From: Raillietiella orientalis
Taxonomy: Eukaryota
Assembly: GCA_036172245.1 (NCBI GenBank)
Contig: JAYWIR010000060.1
Location: 310,001-374,000, forward strand
Length of the DNA: 64,000 bases
Direction of reading: 5' to 3'
This document shows, one piece after another, positions 52,860 through 64,000 of this stretch. Position 1 is the stretch's first letter. Each line of letters starts with the position of its first letter. The position numbers were made by a program, and so were the translations under genes. The notes under the pieces were generated by a model. That model worked only from the letters and a program-made list of their open reading frames with translations, had not been told where the DNA came from and searched no databases.

Positions 52860-55800
52860 CTTCCTCTCCCGGGTTTACTTTTTTTTTTGGTTTCCAAGGG
52901 TTGCTGAAGAACACTCAGCCTCCTCGGGAGGACGAGGTTCTTCTTGACCACGCTTCACCCAAAGGGTGCATGTCAGCTCTTCAAAGGTTAGGTGGCGACC
53001 CTGCAGGGTGAGCACCCCAGGAATCCAGGAAGAGGGGGAATGGGTCCTCTCTCGCGCTTGAGAAGGGACCCCTTCCTGACCTTCTCCGGAGGGACTCTCG
53101 GGGGAGGCCACTCTGAGTTTATTGTCCGGAGGGCACCCTTGTTGCTCTCTCTGAAGACAACCCCGAAGGGTCGCTTCTCAGTTTCCCCCAAAGGGCCGCT
53201 CTTCGAAGGGAGAAGACCGCGGCCACCAATGCGGGCGCCTCCTAGATTTCCCGGCACCTCCCGGAGTGGCAGCGGCGGATTCCGAGGGCGCGTGCGCACG
53301 TTCCTGGGTCGACGTCTACCCCAGAGGCGCCGCTCAGGGGACCGTGCGACGCCCCAGGACTCTAGCGTGGTCCCTATTCTAGGTCGGCAAGTAGGTCGTC
53401 GCCGCGAACCGGGAACGATTCCTATCCCGAGGACTGCCTGCCCCAGCCTACGGAGGGAGGAGGGCCGTGTTGAGGCATGGAGGCCCCGTCCGCCCGACCC
53501 CCCCGCTTTCTCCTCGCCGCTCGAACCGGATCCGAGAGGAACTGTCACCCCACAGGGCAGCATGCGCTTCCAACCGGGGCTGCGTTGAGCCCACCGGGAT
53601 TCCACGGAGGGCACCTCGCGTGGTGTCGTCCCGGAGGAGCTTCCTGCAGGATCGGCGAGGGCCAGGCCAGACACGCCCCACGGTCCGATTCTTTGCGTCC
53701 TGGACTCAGGGTGAGGTCCTGTTCGGAGGACATCGCTGTCAATGGGCTGCCCCTGCACTCTCCGAGGCAGTCGGTGAGGGCGCCCCTCCTGCGACCATAG
53801 GTCTCTCTCGCCGGATACCATCCGAACCGCGGGGAGGCGCCATCTTCGGGTACTCCTAGCATCCGAACACGGATGCCAGAGGCTGGGCCCCATCGGGTGA
53901 TCCTCTCCGTGTCCAAGGGAACAATAGCTACGGCCCCCCTCGTGGTGGGGAGCACAGCCTCCTCCGCGCTCTCGGGGGGTACGACTAGTCCACCGTCGCC
54001 GTGCCCTTCGGCGAGAGCGACTCTACGCAGCTCGCCGTGGATGCGTTTGCAAAACACCACTCAACGGGTGACAGCAAGGGGGAACACGTCTCCAGAGAGA
54101 CGCGGCGCGACGCCGCCCATCGCTGCTGGATGGTCCATCCCGACACAGCTGCTGCGCGCGTCCAAAGTTCCCTCGCTCCGAGGACCTTGTGGGGTTTTCC
54201 GTGACCTGGGATGGGTCCGCCTCGAGTGGTCCAACTGAACGCGACCTCGGAGGATACGTGGTCGAGCAATCCATCCTTCCGCTGGCCCCTCTGCCCTCTC
54301 TCTGTTCTCCCTTTGATGCCCACAGTAGCTGAGGGGTGAGTCGGTTAGAGACGGCCGTTTTTCCCGGATCGCTCCCTCGCCGGGGTCAGCACATTGCCGG
54401 CAGCTTCCGCCGAGGGCATCCAGGAGGAGCCACCTTCAGCTCCCTGCCTTCCCTCCCCGCTTTCTCCCGTCTGGAACGTACGATGGGGAGCCTCTTTGGC
54501 CGTCTGGAATGGCGCTTACGGGGTGGACAGGCCTTCACGCTCGTTCCGGGAGGTTCGCCAGGAGAAAGCTCCCGCGGTTGCCAGGCAGCCTGGACCGGCG
54601 GCACGCTAGAATCCCCTCCGTCAGAGAGGGGTGGACGTCACATGCGTGAGCCCGTTGAGAGTGGAGCGGCACTCCCGGAAGCAAAAGAAGACGCGCCCTT
54701 CGATTCGGACACATCCGCCCGCTGACGCCAGCGCTGCTCCGGCAACGGTCCGGCCGCGCGCGACTCTTGGCGGGTTGTTGGTTGTTCTCTTCGCTTCGGG
54801 CCCGTTCCGAGCGACACACCGCCCCCAGGACGAGCCCTCTGCCTTTCTCGATCACCCCCATACCCTTCTGTTGGGGGAGACAGTGGGAAGGTGGGGGGGG
54901 GGGGAAGATGAGTCCTTTCGCTGGCGAACCTCCTGCTTGCCCCCCCCCCCCCCGTGGATGGGAGCTCGTCGACAGAGCAGATGCCCAGGGTTGGTACCTG
55001 TCCAACCTCCTCCCTCCTCGACCTGCCTTTTACCCATGACTTCCGGCGCTGCCGCGCGGCCCTGAAGAGTCCCTCCCGGCTCCTGGACTTCCGAGTTCGC
55101 CGGGCATGGGGTGCATTCCGGCAGGCTCCGAGAGGCAGCAGTGCTGGGTCGAGGCCCTCAGGGGCTTCGCGGGACTGCTCCCAGGAGAAAGGGGAAGGAA
55201 AACTTGGAGATCTGGCCGTTTTCACTGACCACTGAGCTGACCACCTCACTGATGTGCTAGGGGGGGGGGATCGTCCTCTCCGGAGACGAGAATGACCATT
55301 GAGCTTCTGAGGCGCACTAAGGGGAAGTGGGAACCTGCCGCAGGGGGCGCTCCGGTTCTTCGGCTCCCCTTGGAGGGCCTTCCCCCCCCTTCCCCCGCAG
55401 GCAGTCGCCGCTAGGACGGAGGAAGGGCGCGCCATCCCTCGGAGCCTCTTGCGGAGGACAGCGAAGCGGTCCCAGGCGCGGGGGGGTTCTTCGGACGACT
55501 CCGGGCAGGCTGATTCAGCTACCTACCTTGCTGTGTCCCCCCAGCCCTTTTGTTTCCCTCCCACGGCGCGAAATTTTCGGTTTCCGGAACAAACAAACGG
55601 TCTGGGGCGATCCTTCATGACACCAACCCTTCCCTGATCCGCTACCGGGCGAGGTGGAAGGGAAGCCTCCCTCCCTTAGTCGGCACTCGTCGCGGACCCC
55701 ATTTGCTCTCAAGGGATTCATTCGCCGAATTCCGTGTGTTTATTCGGGGCAAGCGGGGACTGACAGGATCGCCGATTCCCGATAGTCCTGGGGCTCCTCC

Positions 55801-57150
55801 CGGGAGCCAGGGACCTCGCGGCTCTGCAGCAACAAAAAGCCGCAGGTGGCACGGACAGTAGTCAAGGAGAGCTTCCTGAGACCTCCTCTACTGAGGAGGC
55901 GGGCGATTCTTCAATCCCCCTTAGGACCAGAAGAGGGGAATTCCGGCTGGCATTCCGTCGGAATTAGCAGCATCTTCAGCGCTCGCGGCCCCGGAGGGTT
56001 CCCATCCCACTGCAGGGGGCAGCGGCAGCAGCAGCAGCAGCTGGACGTTCTCGAATGGGCTTGCGCCGTGGGAGATGAGTGACGCAGCACCCCTCGTCCC
56101 GAAGAGCGGGATTGTCTCAATCGACAAGGCTTCGGGCACGCGGGTCTTCGGGACTGCGCCAACGCGGGCTCCTCTTCCCACGAAGGAGCGCGCCAAGCGC
56201 AGATGGCGCCAGTGCCTCGTGTCCACGCCGCAGATGCTGGCACGCGGTCCGGAAGGCTACTCGCTCGCTTCTCCGAGCGCCTGGGTGGACTCCAAAACGC
56301 ACTGGGAATGCTGGACGAAGAGTGGGCGGAGTCGGCCCCATAGAACTAACGGGCTGACCCGTTTCGGGCGCCCATTCGAGGCGGAAGGCCGTGGAAGCGG
56401 GTAGGAGAACAGGGAAGGACGTGCGAGATGGAGCGCACCAAGGTGCATCTCGGTCAGCAAACTGATTTCGGATCTCCCACCTCTACTCCACCATCGAGAG
56501 ACACCTGGGACCGGCACGTCCCCCACGAGGAGAAGATTCCGCCTCGACATGCGCAGAATCCTGCGAGCCTACAGGTGGGGACCGCACGCCCCGGAGGAAT
56601 GTTCGGTTGCATGACACGAACGGAAAAGACCACCCAGGCCGCCAAATTCGATCCCAAGGTGTTCTTCGTAATGGTGGAGGTGCGAAACGTCGGACGAAGA
56701 GAGGCGTCGGCCTAAAAGGCTCGGCGGTGTGCTGCCGTTGCCCTAGAAAGAAAGAAAGGCAAAAGAAGAAACGCCTCAAGGTAACCTGGCGACAGTGTTC
56801 GTGACCAAGCGAACCTCTTCAACCGCGGCCAGGATCTCTTTCTGCGTGGAGCCAACTCGACTTTGGTGAGGTGTCCTCCGATGGAGCCGCAGAACCGAAA
56901 TTCTGGAGCTGCTGGAGAAGACAACGCCCAGCAGGGCAAGGAGCGCTGCTGCCACCTCCTGCAGCATCAGTCGCAGCGCTGCAAACTCTGCATCCCGGCG
57001 ATCGTCCAGAAGGAAAGCAGTCCAGTGGCAGAGGGGGAGACGTGGCATCCTACTCCCCGGTCCGCCCGGTCGGACACCCCGATGGAGAGGATTCTCTGAA
57101 GACCATGCTTGGGCTCGGCAACCGGCACTTTCGGAACATCTGAGCCAGGA
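52860..57150 (+). mobile_element. Decayed near full-length DIRS-like retrotransposon, starting with inverted repeat copy D
   Basis: 52860-53060 aligns by eye with the reverse complement of 43990-44170. Then RT-like VLRHGG, PPGFHG, FGGHRCQWAA (53722-53751) and GAIFGY; RNase H-like LAVDAF and QHIAG; YR-like VFVTKR and TPSRARSAAATS...KAVQW. Confidence 0.55.
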
Positions 57151-57207
57151 AACCAATTCGTTCTGCGCTGCTAGTTCGCAAACGATCCTCTCGCAAGGCG
57201 ACCTCAC

Positions 57208-57648
57208 GGTGAGGCTAGGTCGGGTTAGGCAGGACAAGTTGGGTTGGATACAATAGGTAGTGGGTGGAATAGTAGGACAAGTCATGGGTTGATTGTGTAG
57301 TATAGGTAGTGGATAGTTTGGGTAGGTGAGGTAGAATAAATAATGGGTTGGTTGGGTAGTATAGATAGTGGATAGGTTGGATGTAATAGGTAGTGGATGA
57401 TCAGGTTAGTTTAGGTAAGATAGTAATGGGTTGATTGGGTGGGATAGGTAGTGATTAGGTTAGCGTAAGTTAGGAAGGATGGGTAGGACAGGTCGTGTGT
57501 TGGTTGGATAGAATAGGTAGTGGGTAGGATGAGCAGGACAGGTAGTGGGTAGTCAGGTTAGGTTAGGTAAGATAGTATTGGATAGGTTGGATAGAATAGT
57601 TTGTGGGTAGGTCAGGTTATGTAGGGTAGGTGGCGAATAGGTTAGGGT
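57208..57648 (+). repeat. G/T-rich, C-depleted degenerate minisatellite with TTAGG/TAGG units
   Basis: A GGTTGGAT..AATAG.T.GTGG unit recurs near 57242, 57375, 57502 and 57585. There are several TTAGG, including tandem GGTTAGGTTAGG near 57556, and very few C on the + strand. Confidence 0.9.
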
Positions 57649-57749
57649 GCTGCTGCCTTCCGGCACTTGCTGATGTGGGCGGCAGCACCTGCAGGGTTTG
57701 CTGTCGCCTGTTCACTTCAGCAGTCGTGCCGCAGGTCGCAGCGCCGTTC

Positions 57750-60050
57750 CTCCTCGAATACTCCCTCCGCCTCGTCTATGCTTTCGCGATCCGTTTTTTC
57801 CCCTTTCCCTCTGTCACGGATGGTTTCCGAAGCAACGCGCTTTGCTTTCCTGAGAATCACAACAAGGCCACCGGTGGCCCCTGTGCTCGGATGCCCGGAC
57901 GGAGGGCGGTGCGAAGGTTGCCGTACGGGGGAAGCTGTAGAGGCTAAAGGCCACTCGCCGCGCGAAGCAGCCCGCTTCTGGTCCTTGCCGTCCGGGAGGA
58001 CGTGAACGAGAATCTCCGCTTCCGATGCGCCTGCGGACTCCCCTGCAGTCCGCGGGCGCCATCGTTAGGTACTTTCGATACTTCGGACGCCGCCCTGCAG
58101 CGGATCTCAAAGCTGCGAGGTTACGACTCTGCTGCTGCATTTCCGCATCTCCCCGCGACCTCTGCCCTAGCCGACCTGCGGTGGCTTTGGTCTCCCTGAC
58201 CGCAAGATCACACCAGCGCCACGAGCACCGACTCCTGGTGGCTGGAGGCAGTGCGAACGCGGGCCGAGTTGACGAACCCCACGGGTGGAGTCGCGAAACA
58301 CCGGAAGGACCGCGAAGTCGGAACCGCTGGTCCACATGTCAGCCACCCCCTCTGCCGCAGCAGAGCACTCCGCTTTCGGGATCCATGGCACCTGCCTGCC
58401 GTGGGAGTGGGAAGTTCCCTGCGAGATCCCGGGCAGCAGGATCTCCATGTGATTCTGGACCGCGCATCAGCTCCCTGAGGCCGCAATGACCTTGACTCCT
58501 GTCAGAAGACTTGTTCTCTGGGTGAACTCTTTCAGTATCCCAACGGAAGAGCTGGAGAGACACCCCCGGTGACCTCGAAGGAGCTCATCCTTCCCCCTCA
58601 GGTGGAGGCAGTCGGCGCTGCGGATGCTGCGTATTGGACACTCCCTTCCAACATCACTCCCACTGGACGAGAGGGAGCGTTAGCGTCAGCTGAGCCAAAT
58701 GCGAGAAGGAAGAGATCCCCGTCTGCTTTCCACCTGGTTGCGCCAGGACTTTGATTCCAAAAAGGAACGAACCATCCAAGAACGAAGTTCCCACACAGAT
58801 GGAAAGGAAGTTCTAAGGGAAGGCTCCCGACATGCAGGTCGGTCACAGCGAAGGTCCGAAACGGAAAGGAGAGGACCACAAATAGATACATAAAAAATAC
58901 AAAAAAAGGTATCAAGGGGGAGTTAGGGGACAGGGGTCTTCGGAATCGGCCGTTCCATCCTTTCAGAACCGGCGTTGCATGCCGGAGATCTCCGCCTTCA
59001 CGTCTTCTTTGACATGAGACCACCCAGCAGTCGTCCTCGTGTTGGCGGATGCAATCCTGGTGAGCTCTTGGGACCGCTCGCGAATTAAACAGGTGGAGGT
59101 CCGTGACGGTGGCGCGAATGAAACTGATCATTGCGGTGACCCTATCTAGAGAGAGGCCACGTATAAAGAAGCGGCGGATGACGTCGATGGCGGTGTCCCC
59201 TGGCACAGGAGCGCTGAAGGCAGCCTCCGCCACAGTCCTTGGAGGGATCCACAGTCAAAAAGCAGGTATGGAAGAGATTTCGCTGCTCCGCACCTTCTCC
59301 AGTTCGGGGAGGTAGCTTCCTCGGAAACGAGCTGGGCACGCTGGCTGCAATGGGAGCCCTAATGCACCAGCAGAAGCACGTTCTGCTTCCATGGAACGGG
59401 AAACACAGAAGTGTCCACGCACTGGAGGGAGACGCGATAAGTTCTTCGGGGGACACACTCAAGAGTTTGCTCCACTGAAGCTGTCCCTCTGCACAGCCAC
59501 GAGGAGTGGCAGCGTTTGTCAGCTGGCTTGTCTCAGCAGCCCAAGGGTCTGGTCTCTCCTGCGGTCGTGCAGGCTACCTCCCTCCCCGCCGGTAGGCAAC
59601 TGCCATCGCTTGCCCTTAGGGCAGACAGCTCTGAGGCAAGGGATGTGGCGGCCAGGCGAGTCCACTTGTCCTGGTCCTGAAACACATCCTGTGCCCCCCC
59701 GAAGAACTTGTGGTCCCCTCTCCGCCTTCTCGTGACGTGTCCTGCCCCGAGCTCATTGCGAGAGCGTTCCTCCCTTCTCCAGGGGACAACCTGGAAGGCA
59801 GATTGGGGAACCTCTTTTTATGTCTGGTCGTCAGTTGCCGCTATCACAGCGCCGTGCTGTCCAGGAGGAGCCTCTGCCTGCAGGAACGACGCCCAGCGGA
59901 CGGCACGACGGAGAGTGTCGCCCCTCTCTTCGCCGTCCGGTTCGAGGTGGAATCACTCGCCCGGTCAACAAGAGGAGCGGGCCGCATCCTGCAAAGGATG
60001 GCAGGGGACCGCACATCTAGGGGCGCGGTTTTTTCCCTTTCCTGTCACCC
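57750..60050 (-). mobile_element. Decayed DIRS1-like retrotransposon 3' half (methyltransferase-like motif and YR)
   Basis: On the minus strand: SAWTLLCFPF (W...YAFPP-like), VIRRFFIRGLSLDRVTAMISFIR, PVLKGWNGRFRRP, LFLLAFGSA (FLLALASA-like) and GSSTRPA (HSTR-like), in YR order. Confidence 0.55.
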
Positions 60051-60202
60051 CCATTGTAACCAGACTGTCAATGTAATTCCTCCTTCCGCAACCACTTCCT
60101 GATGTTGTGGACTTCCTTGGCGCCCCACTTCCGATCCCTACGGATGGCGCCGGACTTGGTGAGACCCACATTCCCAGAGACTCCTGTCTGTTTGTTCGTC
60201 TG

Positions 60203-60923
60203 TTTTTTTTTTTTTTTTTAAAGAAAAAGAATAAACGTCCCGGGGTAACCGGGCGGCAGTGTTCTGTTGCGGAGTACGGCGGGGGCACACACGGGTTCCA
60301 CCCTTGCCCAGTCACCGAGAGGTGGCGGTCGCTCTCGACCAGCCGAACGCCGCGCGCCTTAAGCGCCTCCGGGTGGCGACAATTGGTCCAGGCGTCCAAC
60401 GCCGGTTCCCCCTACCCCCATCCTCCTGCCTTTCCGAGAGGCGTGTTGCTTCGCCCTCGTGAGCGCGCGCCAAGTCTCCGCGACAAGCTGCGCCGCTAGC
60501 AGGACGAGGAAAGGCAAGCGGCGCAGCTGGCTTCCTGCTCCCCTCCGGCGTCTCCTTCCTGCGATCCTCGCCTCGTCGGAGGGACTCCGGACAGGACGCG
60601 GAAGGGGTTCCGAGGGGAACACAGGGCTGCGCTGGAGGGGCGGCCCCGGCGAAACCCAAGGCCAAGGGAGAGCGGTCGCGAGAGCGTCCGCTTCGACGGA
60701 AGAGGTTAGTCGGATCCGACCGGTCATCACGCTGTCCCGCCAGCCTCTTCCTGCGCGCACGGGGAGCGCCCTCGACGCGCTCACAGCCTCCTACCACGAG
60801 ATGGCGTATTTGCAGAGAGTCAAAGCTTGGTGGAGTGCACAGTCCCGTCGAATCCCGTCTATCCATCTTTTTTTTTTTTGTTAATAAAAAAAAATAAAAA
60901 ATAAACGCTCCGGGGCAACCGGG
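60203..60923 (+). repeat. Pair of short direct repeats (T-run, A-rich run, ATAAACGYYCCGGGGYAACCGGG) at 60203-60253 and 60868-60923
   Basis: The 23-nt cores at 60231-60253 and 60901-60923 match at 20 of 23 positions. Each is preceded by a T-run and then an A-rich run. Confidence 0.85.
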
Positions 60924-60949
60924 TGAGAATCTTCCTGACCAGAGGCTTT

Positions 60950-63750
60950 ACCACGGTCCTCGAAAGAGGAAAATTTGCTTGCAGCACCACCGGGACGTGC
61001 AGCGGGGGTGCTGGCTGCCCACGGAAACGCCTCCCCAAAGCCTCCAGCTGCCTATTTCATTCCGCAGGCCCTACCGGAAGATAGTCCCCGGGAGGATGGG
61101 AGCCTTGGGCAAAGGAGATGCACAGGCTGCCCTTCGTCCCCGAGCTCAACCAAGCGCCGCCAACGCGCAGGGAGGCACCGCGGCAGCCGACTGGATCGCA
61201 GAGCGCCAGCGAGGAAGGAAGGGGCCAAAGGGGCAGGAGCTTGCAGGTTGAGTTTGCGACGAAGGTGAATGACTGAAAGGTAGGACCTCTTCCCCCCTTT
61301 CTTCGGTCGCCACGGCGACTCCCTCCGTAACCGACCATGCCCCAGTTTGCTCGCATCGAAGACCCTGGGCGCCTCTCCCCCTGTCTGGACTGACAGTCAT
61401 CTGCGGAGAGGCCAGGGCAGGGCTTGTTGAGTGCCTCTCGCAGAGGGCAGGACTCCCGACTTTGACGTGCCGAGGGCGACTTCCCTCCCGCCTGCGGCCT
61501 CCCCAGTCGAGGCTCTGAGCGCGCATCGATAGGGACGCACGTCCCGGTGGCCAGCCGTCTGGGCCGAGCATTCGCGGGTCCACAGGGTGGGATACGCGCC
61601 GTTCCACACCTGATTTCGGATGCGGGGGTCCATAGATCTCCCGTCGCTCCCTCTTTGGGATACTTCCGTGCCTCCGTGGTATTGGCGGGAGCCGCAGTCA
61701 CGCGAACGGGAGCTCCACGTTGTCGACCAGTTTACCGTGGGGAGGACGCCCACGCTTGACCGACGCAATCAGTAGACAATCGAATCGCTCGCCGCCTACT
61801 CTCAAGGGGCAGGCGGGTAGCTGCCGGGGCGCATCGGAGGCGGCCCTCGTGCTCGCTTCCGGCTGCCTCCCGAAACCAGTGGAAGCCGCCGCCGGGTCAG
61901 GTTGTTCCGGGTTCGACGATAGTGGAGGCAGCTGCAGGTGGATGCTGGCTCCGGATGCGCGGAGGTGGACCCAGCCGGCAACGCAGGACCTCTGGGTGGG
62001 AGGCTGGTCGGCTCGCTGCTCCCTGTGGTGCGCCTTTGCATGGTCCCCTGGGCGTCCGCTGCGCCCTCCAGCCCTGAGAGGCGCCAGAAGGCAGGACGAG
62101 GAGAACGTGGTCGGCGGGACCATCGGCAGGACGGGAACGGGGAAAAGGAGGGACGTCGAGGGCGCGCAGCTTCTGCTGAGCGCTCAAGGGGCGGGGAAGA
62201 CGGGAACCGCGTGGCTGTCGTGGACGAAGGTCCCGCGGGAAAGCTTCCAGGCCAGCCGAAAGGCGAGAGGCCGACGCCCACTCGCCGCAGCGACCCCGTC
62301 GGCCAGCCCAGATGCGATGGGTGTCCCTGCTTCGACCTCACCCCGGCGGCCGGGCGCAGAGATGGGTCGAGTGAGCTGCGGGACGAGCAGGAGGGGAGAG
62401 GCCGAGGTAAACCCCGCCGGCAGCGGGACGGAGGGGCAGGCGGGTGGGGTCTTCCAGAGAAAGACGCCAAGACCAGCCCTTCAGCGGGAGCCGTCCGGGT
62501 CTCGCGACTGCCTCTCCAAAAGGCCGCGAGGCGAGGATCCCCGCGGGCTGCTTCCCTATCGCGACCGAGTTTTCCCGCATCCCGGCAACGGGACCCGCAA
62601 TTCTCGGGAACGGCGCCAAGGCCAGCTCCCTACCTCCCGGGTGCTCCACTGCGACCGGCTCGTTTCCGGGGCTGCCGGCGGTTCTGGGCGCTCCCGAAGA
62701 GGTGGGGCAGCGTCGAGCGAAACATCCCGGAGGTCACGTGCGAATCCGTGAGGGAGCGTGGAAGGGCTTCACGCTCCGCGGCGAAGGAAGGAGGAGGGCG
62801 GGACGGTGGTGGATCATCCTGCAATGAGCGCAACGGCTCGGCAGAGTCGCATCTTCTTCCCAGTAGACCATTCTCCATCCGCTCTCTCAAAGCTCCAGGA
62901 AGGCCCGCAGGTCAAAGCTCTGAGCCGTGGGGGACCGCTTTGGCAGAGGGACGGTCGCTGCAGAGGAGGCGCGCCTCCGTGGCGAGGACGGCGCCCCATC
63001 CCGGCCCGAGTGACGTCCGCGCTTCCGTCCTGCTTTCTGCGGACGCTCACGAGCCACAGTCCCGGCTGCCGCTCCAGCATCCTGCTCCCGGCTTCTTGAC
63101 CGGACCGACCGGCGAGCAGTGATTGGGCTCGCGTCCCCGGTCGAAGTCGATTGGCTGTTCACCAGAGGTGTTGGGAGGGTGTCGTCCTCGCGCGCGAGCT
63201 CCAGGTCCTCTTATCTTCAGGAGGAAGAGGAGAGGCGCCCCGCGTTCTGCTGTCTTCCGAGTTCGCCTGGGGAAAGGAAGGGAATACCTCACCGCCCCCA
63301 TGCCAGAGGAAATCCTGCTCAGGGACGAGCAGCAACCGACCCTGAGGATGGCTCAAAAACGGACGGGATCTCCCGAGTAGGAGCGATCCGTCCGGCTGGG
63401 TGGGTGGAGGAGAAGGGGAGGGTTTCCCCGGTCGAGCGGGTGCTGGAGCGGAGCCAATGTCTCCGTCGGCAAGGATGCTGGAAGCGGTGGAAAAGATCGC
63501 TTTGGAGCAATACCGGAAGTTGCACGCATGGAGGGGGTTGCGTACGAGCGACCCCTGCGAGCTGCAGTTCGCTCCCTCTTAGGTCGCAGGGGGTCAGGGA
63601 GGGGAGGAAAGGGCGTTGGGCGCACACACCCTCGCCGCTCCCGCCGCGCCTTCCAGGAAAGGATTTCCCCAGTCGGTTCCCTGTGCGACAGGGGGCGCAG
63701 AGCCGTCGCCTCGATTTCCCGGCTGATGGTAACTTGCACTCGCGCCGTGG
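60950..63750 (+). mobile_element. Decayed DIRS-like retrotransposon (RT, RNase H, probable YR)
   Basis: RT-like VP/REDGSL, ELNQ, a frameshifted LP-rich stretch with VATATP, and TGT CTG GAC t GAC (YLDD equivalent, 61382-61394). RNase H-like DN...AAYSQGAGG and ENVVGGTIGR. The YR part is weak. Confidence 0.5.
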
Positions 63751-64000
63751 TGCCGCCGGCAGGAGCAGACTCCGCTGACCTCTCCCTCGGAGGCGAGGTC
63801 TTAGGTTAGTCTTAGGTATTAGGTTAGCGCGGCCTCTGCCTCCGATCGACGCATGCAGGTCGCATCGACACGTCCGAGTGCGCCTTTCCTTCGCACTCTG
63901 GGATGCAGCTGGCGCGCGACTCATCTCCCCTTTTCACCTCGGTCCTGCTACCTTACTCCGTGACCTTCGGGGCTTTTCCTGTTCCCTTTGGGCAGCGGCC

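Noticed and set aside
57208..57648. CRISPR array or true telomere
   Set aside because: There is no repeat-spacer structure, and the tract is internal and degenerate rather than a perfect terminal array.

Overview
Eukaryotic genomic DNA from an invertebrate, probably an arthropod judging from protein motifs. The genome is compact and has very short introns. Four spliced host genes were reconstructed by hand with GT-AG introns and continuous frames: a long-chain acyl-CoA synthetase (ACSL3/4-like, +, 10737-14700), Bicaudal-D (+, 18331-20952), 4-aminobutyrate aminotransferase (-, 23145-21030) and a group I PAK kinase (+, 28836-32384). There is also one intact, intronless YqaJ/lambda-exonuclease-family nuclease ORF (-, 36341-35310). 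Most of the remaining GC-rich sequence, which produces hundreds of spurious ORFs, appears to be heavily decayed tyrosine-recombinase retrotransposons (DIRS/Ngaro-like). About 13 fragments carry recognisable RT, RNase H or YR motifs. Their conserved motifs look eroded mainly by A>G and T>C changes. The window switches sharply between CpG-rich GC blocks and CpG-poor AT blocks. Transposon calls rest on by-eye motif recognition in frameshifted sequence, and their boundaries are approximate. No database search was run.
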